In this document: positions 59,650 through 64,000 of the stretch, piece by piece
Layout of the letters: every line of letters begins with the position of its first letter
Numbering within the stretch: position 1 is the first letter of the stretch
DNA from: Octopus sinensis
Lineage: Eukaryota
DNA: 64,000 nt
Direction: 5' to 3'
Assembly (NCBI RefSeq): GCF_006345805.1
Contig: NC_043013.1
Coordinates: forward strand, 26,102,001-26,166,000
Notes under the pieces: generated by a model
What the model saw: only the letters and a program-made list of their open reading frames with translations
What the model was told of the DNA's origin: nothing
The model's database searches: none
Position numbers and translations under genes: made by a program

Positions 59650-60030
59650 TTTTCATGATGTTAGCATTCTTGTTGTCAATAATGAAAGCGCTTTCATCTA
59701 GCTTATGGTAATACACTGATAGATCTGCTGTTCAAGCGAAAGGAAAAGAAGCTGTTCCATTTCTTCAGTGATACTATTTCTTTTCTTGGTGATTACAATA
59801 ATCTTCATCCTTGAAGCAATTTCTTAAGATATGAATTAAGATCCCTTCTTTGTCGTGATTAATTGTACACACCATCATCTGACTAAAGACATCAGCATAC
59901 ACTATTTCTATTATCCTTTCACACTTTTCCTGTCATTTGATCATCGCCAACTTTTCCTCCAAAGAAACAGCATAATGTTTAGGACCACCAGGATAAGATT
60001 TAGCAGTAGGAACTCTTGTAGGAGGCATGA
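59650..60030 (-). mobile_element. pogo/Tigger transposase N-terminal relic (CENP-B-type HTHs)
   Basis: MPPTR...VSLEEKLAMIK*QEK...; TKKRNSITEEMEQLL...Q....IS*MKALSLL. Confidence 0.65.
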
Positions 60031-60169
60031 TATAGGAGAAAAAAAAAGCACAAATCTATACAAGGTAAACTCAGGCACATGTTTGAATTTTCTACTACAA
60101 ATTACAATGTTATTTCACGATGGAATGCTACAACTGTTGCTCCAAAAAGTCACATAAATCACGTTCGGA

Positions 60170-60975
60170 TGGTGCTCTTAACACTCTACTAGCATGGGGC
60201 TTGAGTGCCAGTAAGGCAACGCTGGTAACGATCACACTCGAATGGTGCCTTTTATGTGCCACTGTCACGGAAGCCGGTTAGCCGCTCTGTCAACGATCAC
60301 ACTCATATGGTGCTATTTGCACCCTGCTGGCATGGATGCTAGTCATTGAATTTGATTTTGATTTTGATTTCACTAGCCTCAACAGGTCTTCGCAAGCAGA
60401 GTTTTAATGTCCAAAGAAGGAAAAAGTACACATAAGTGGGCTGGTTACGCCCCTGGTATAGGCCACGAGATTATGGTCTCATTTGGCTTGCCGGGTCTTC
60501 TCACACACAGTATATTTTCCAAAGTCTCGGTCACTAGTCATTTCCTTGGTGAAGCCTAAAGTTCAAAGGTCGTGCTTCACCACTTCATCCCAGGTCTTCC
60601 TGGGTCTACCTCTTCCACAGGTTCCCTCAACTGCTAGGGTGTGGCACTTTTTCACACAGCTATCCTCATCCATTCTCACCACATGACCATCCCAGCACAG
60701 TCGTCTCTCTTGCACACCACAACTGATGCTTCTTAGGTCCAACATTTCTCTCAAGGTACTTACACTCTGTCGAGTATGCACACTGATATTACACATCTAT
60801 TGGAGCATACTGGATTTATTTCTTGCAAGCTTACGCATGTCCTCAGCCATCACAGCCCATGTTTCACTGCCATATAGCATGGCTGTTCGTACACATGCGT
60901 CATACAGTCTACCTTTTACTCTGAGCGAGAGGCCTTTGTCACCAGCAGAGATAAGAGCTCTCTGAAGTTTTCCCA
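60170..60975 (-). mobile_element. RTE LINE 3' portion
   Basis: GLSLRVKGRLYDACVRTAMLYGSETW; GRGRPRKTWDEVVKHDL. Confidence 0.9.
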
Positions 60976-61230
60976 AGCTAGAAGTGGGGTCTGAAACTCT
61001 TGAGGGTGTTATGGTGCAAGTTTTGGAAAGATCATGGGCATACGAAGCTGAAAATGGCTGCCATTTAAGCGATGTCAATTTTCATATATAGGGATGTTGC
61101 AAAATTTGACTTTTGCATATTAATTTCTATTATGTTCTTTATATTGTATCAAAATTTCATGCATTTATTTGTAAAGTTAAGCAAGTTATTAAAAATTGAA
61201 ACCTATCAGTGAGTTTTGGGACATCCTGCA
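60976..61230 (+). mobile_element. 3' end of another Tc1/mariner element
   Basis: ENGCHLSDVNFHI* C-terminal motif, then a TIR-like ttttgggacatcctg end. Confidence 0.5.
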
Positions 61231-61246
61231 TATATATATATATATA

Positions 61247-62958
61247 CACTTGCGTCAGAAATTAATTAGCACTTCTCAAATTTCTACATTTTCTTACATT
61301 TTCTTAATTTAATTAACTTATTATCAGAAACGTACCCGTTTTTAATCAAAGATTTATTAAAACATATCCCAGCATACCACATAATAGTCAATATCTTGTT
61401 GCTCCTCCTTTGGCAGCAATGACAGCTGCTACGCGGGCCGGCATGCTGTCTATGAGCGCCTGCAGGTACTGTGCAGGGATGGCCCTCCATGCAGCAAGAA
61501 GTGCCTCAAATAGCTCGTGTCGGTTCCTGTATTGCTGCACATTCAAATCCCTACCCAATCGACTCCAGAGGTTCTCAATAGGGTTCAGGTCAGGTGACTG
61601 GCCAGGCCAGTTCATGACCATCACCTTATGGTCCTTGAAGAAACCGGTTGTGAGCTTGGCTGTGTGGGGAGGCGCGTTGTCCTGCTGGAGCACGTACTCC
61701 TCGCCACCAAAGAGGTATCCCGCAGAGGGTAGGGCAGCATTCCGTACTATCTCAACATACTTTGCTGCGTTGATGTTGCCTTCGACGGCATAGAGCCGCC
61801 CAACACCACTGTAGCTGAACGCCCTCCACACCATCAGACCACCCCCACCATGCTTCATGGTGGGAGCAATGCAGTCTTTGTTGAAGCGCTCACCCCTGTG
61901 GTGTCGCATATGGACAGGCTTGTCACTGACGAGACTGAATCACGACTCGTCAGTGAACATCACTGTCCGCCACTGCTGCACGGTCCATGTCTTGTGGGCA
62001 CGGGCCCAGAACAGCCGACTCTTCCGGTTTTGGGCTGTAAGGAGTGGCTTACGGGTGGCCCTACGGGATTTTAGACCAGCTTCCAGTAATCTGGTCTTGA
62101 CGGTGGTTGTAGACAACTGCTTCCCTGTCACCTTTTGCATCTCCTCCACCAGTTGCCGGCTCGTTGCCCTTCGGTTGTTCAGCGACTTTCAGATCAGCAT
62201 CCAATCCTCCCACTGGGTCGTCAGCCTCTTCTGTCCCCTACCCTTTTTGTCAGCTGCTGATCCGGTTTCTTCGTATTTCTTAAATAAGCACTGAATTGTG
62301 CGCCTGGCTACACCAAGTTTTCTGGCTATTGCTGCCTCCGACAGCTTCCCACGCCACGAGAGAGCCCCGTACCGTCTCTCCAAGGTCATGTGAGGTCTTG
62401 GGCCCATCTAGGAATGAACGATAAAAACCAGTTATTTTCATTAAAACTATTCATTTGAATAATGTTATGCTATAACAAAACTACTATGAGTTATTATTCA
62501 TTAAACAAAAAAGAAAGAAAGCAGAATTTCTCACTTTATTTGATGTATAACAGAAAGTTTTGTGAACCAGAAGTGACGTCACGAAGCAGAGTGTAGGAGA
62601 ATTTGTGAGGAAAAAAAATCTTGCAAATACACAAATCAATTAACCTACAAGCTGTTCAAAACGTCTTACGCGATGAGAAAACTTAGTACGGTGTGATTTC
62701 GGTCCTTGCGAGGCGCTACCTATATCTATTAAACAAAGGAAGATTTGTCTGCATCCGCACTCCAAGTTGTTGTTGCACTGCTATGTCAACATCATTAGGC
62801 TGTAGACTCTCAAACCGCTCTGCAAACAAAGTTACATCATCGTTCTGCGCAACAGTGAACTCGCAACAAAGCAATAGTTCGAGATATGGCCACTAGGTGA
62901 CAGCACATACCTTGAGTGAAGAAAAATCAAGGGTGCTAATTAATTTCTGACGGTAGTG
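61247..62958 (-). mobile_element. full-length Tc1-family DNA transposon (DD34E), two nonsense codons
   Basis: 26-bp TIRs with 2 mismatches, flanked by TA. Transposase 62407-61388 is in one frame (340 codons) with TGA at 62189 and 61940. Motifs FTDES, QQDNAPPH, WPGQSPDLNPIE (34 residues from D to E). Confidence 0.95.
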
Positions 62959-63169
62959 TATATGTACACAGAAACATAGATATAGAAGATCTATGTGTAC
63001 ATAATCATCAAACTATAAGAAGGGAAATAGGCATGGCAGTTGAAAATAGCCCAAGATTGCTATAGTTGATAAGAAGCTTCTTATAGAATCCTCCTGTAGG
63101 TGAGGAGACGCTGAGTGTTTGCTGCTCACTCAGGTGACATGTACAGTTATATATAAGGGAAGACTTAGA

Positions 63170-63874
<705 letters not shown>

Positions 63875-64000
63875 CCTATCTTATTGTTGTGTGTTGTGGT
63901 GACAAGGGACTATCTTGGACATGAAAGGGTCTCAATTGGTATGTGTTTGAGATGTAATGAAGTAAATGTAATGGTTGTGGATTGCACTTACTTGGTTCTA

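Noticed and set aside
63986-64000. gtaagt donor at the window edge as the next upstream TRPM exon
   Set aside because: The required phase 0 frame contains TAG in the 9 visible bases; it cannot be assessed further.

Overview
AT-rich animal genomic DNA dense in repeats and microsatellites. The SINE/LINE repertoire suggests a coleoid cephalopod such as Octopus (inference, no database search). The main feature is one multi-exon TRPM-family cation channel gene on the minus strand. I traced 15 exons by hand (59442 down to 7555). All have GT/AG boundaries and continuous reading phase, totalling 1860 nt (619 aa + stop). They cover the end of the MHR region, pre-S1, S1-S6, the pore (YGE filter), TRP box (WSFQRY) and a terminal coiled coil. 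The stop follows directly, with no NUDT9-H or kinase domain. The N-terminal exons appear to lie beyond the right edge of the window. The introns and the downstream flank hold RTE, CR1, Tx1/L1 and Penelope retroelements, Tc1/mariner, pogo, hAT and piggyBac-type DNA transposons and MITEs, and several tRNA-derived SINE families. There is also a 14 x 42-bp minisatellite and two apparently identical tandem duplications (637 and 1558 bp). Best leads: a hammerhead ribozyme motif with an intact core in the sense strand of an intron; a candidate 18-nt cassette microexon in the S2-S3 linker; a Cys-rich pre-S1 segment with an in-frame alternative acceptor; a PHD finger inside the RT domain of the local RTE LINE family; a SINE sharing its 3' tail with a Tx1 LINE; and a minisatellite derived from LINE coding sequence. 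No prokaryotic features, CRISPR array or true tRNA/rRNA genes were found.
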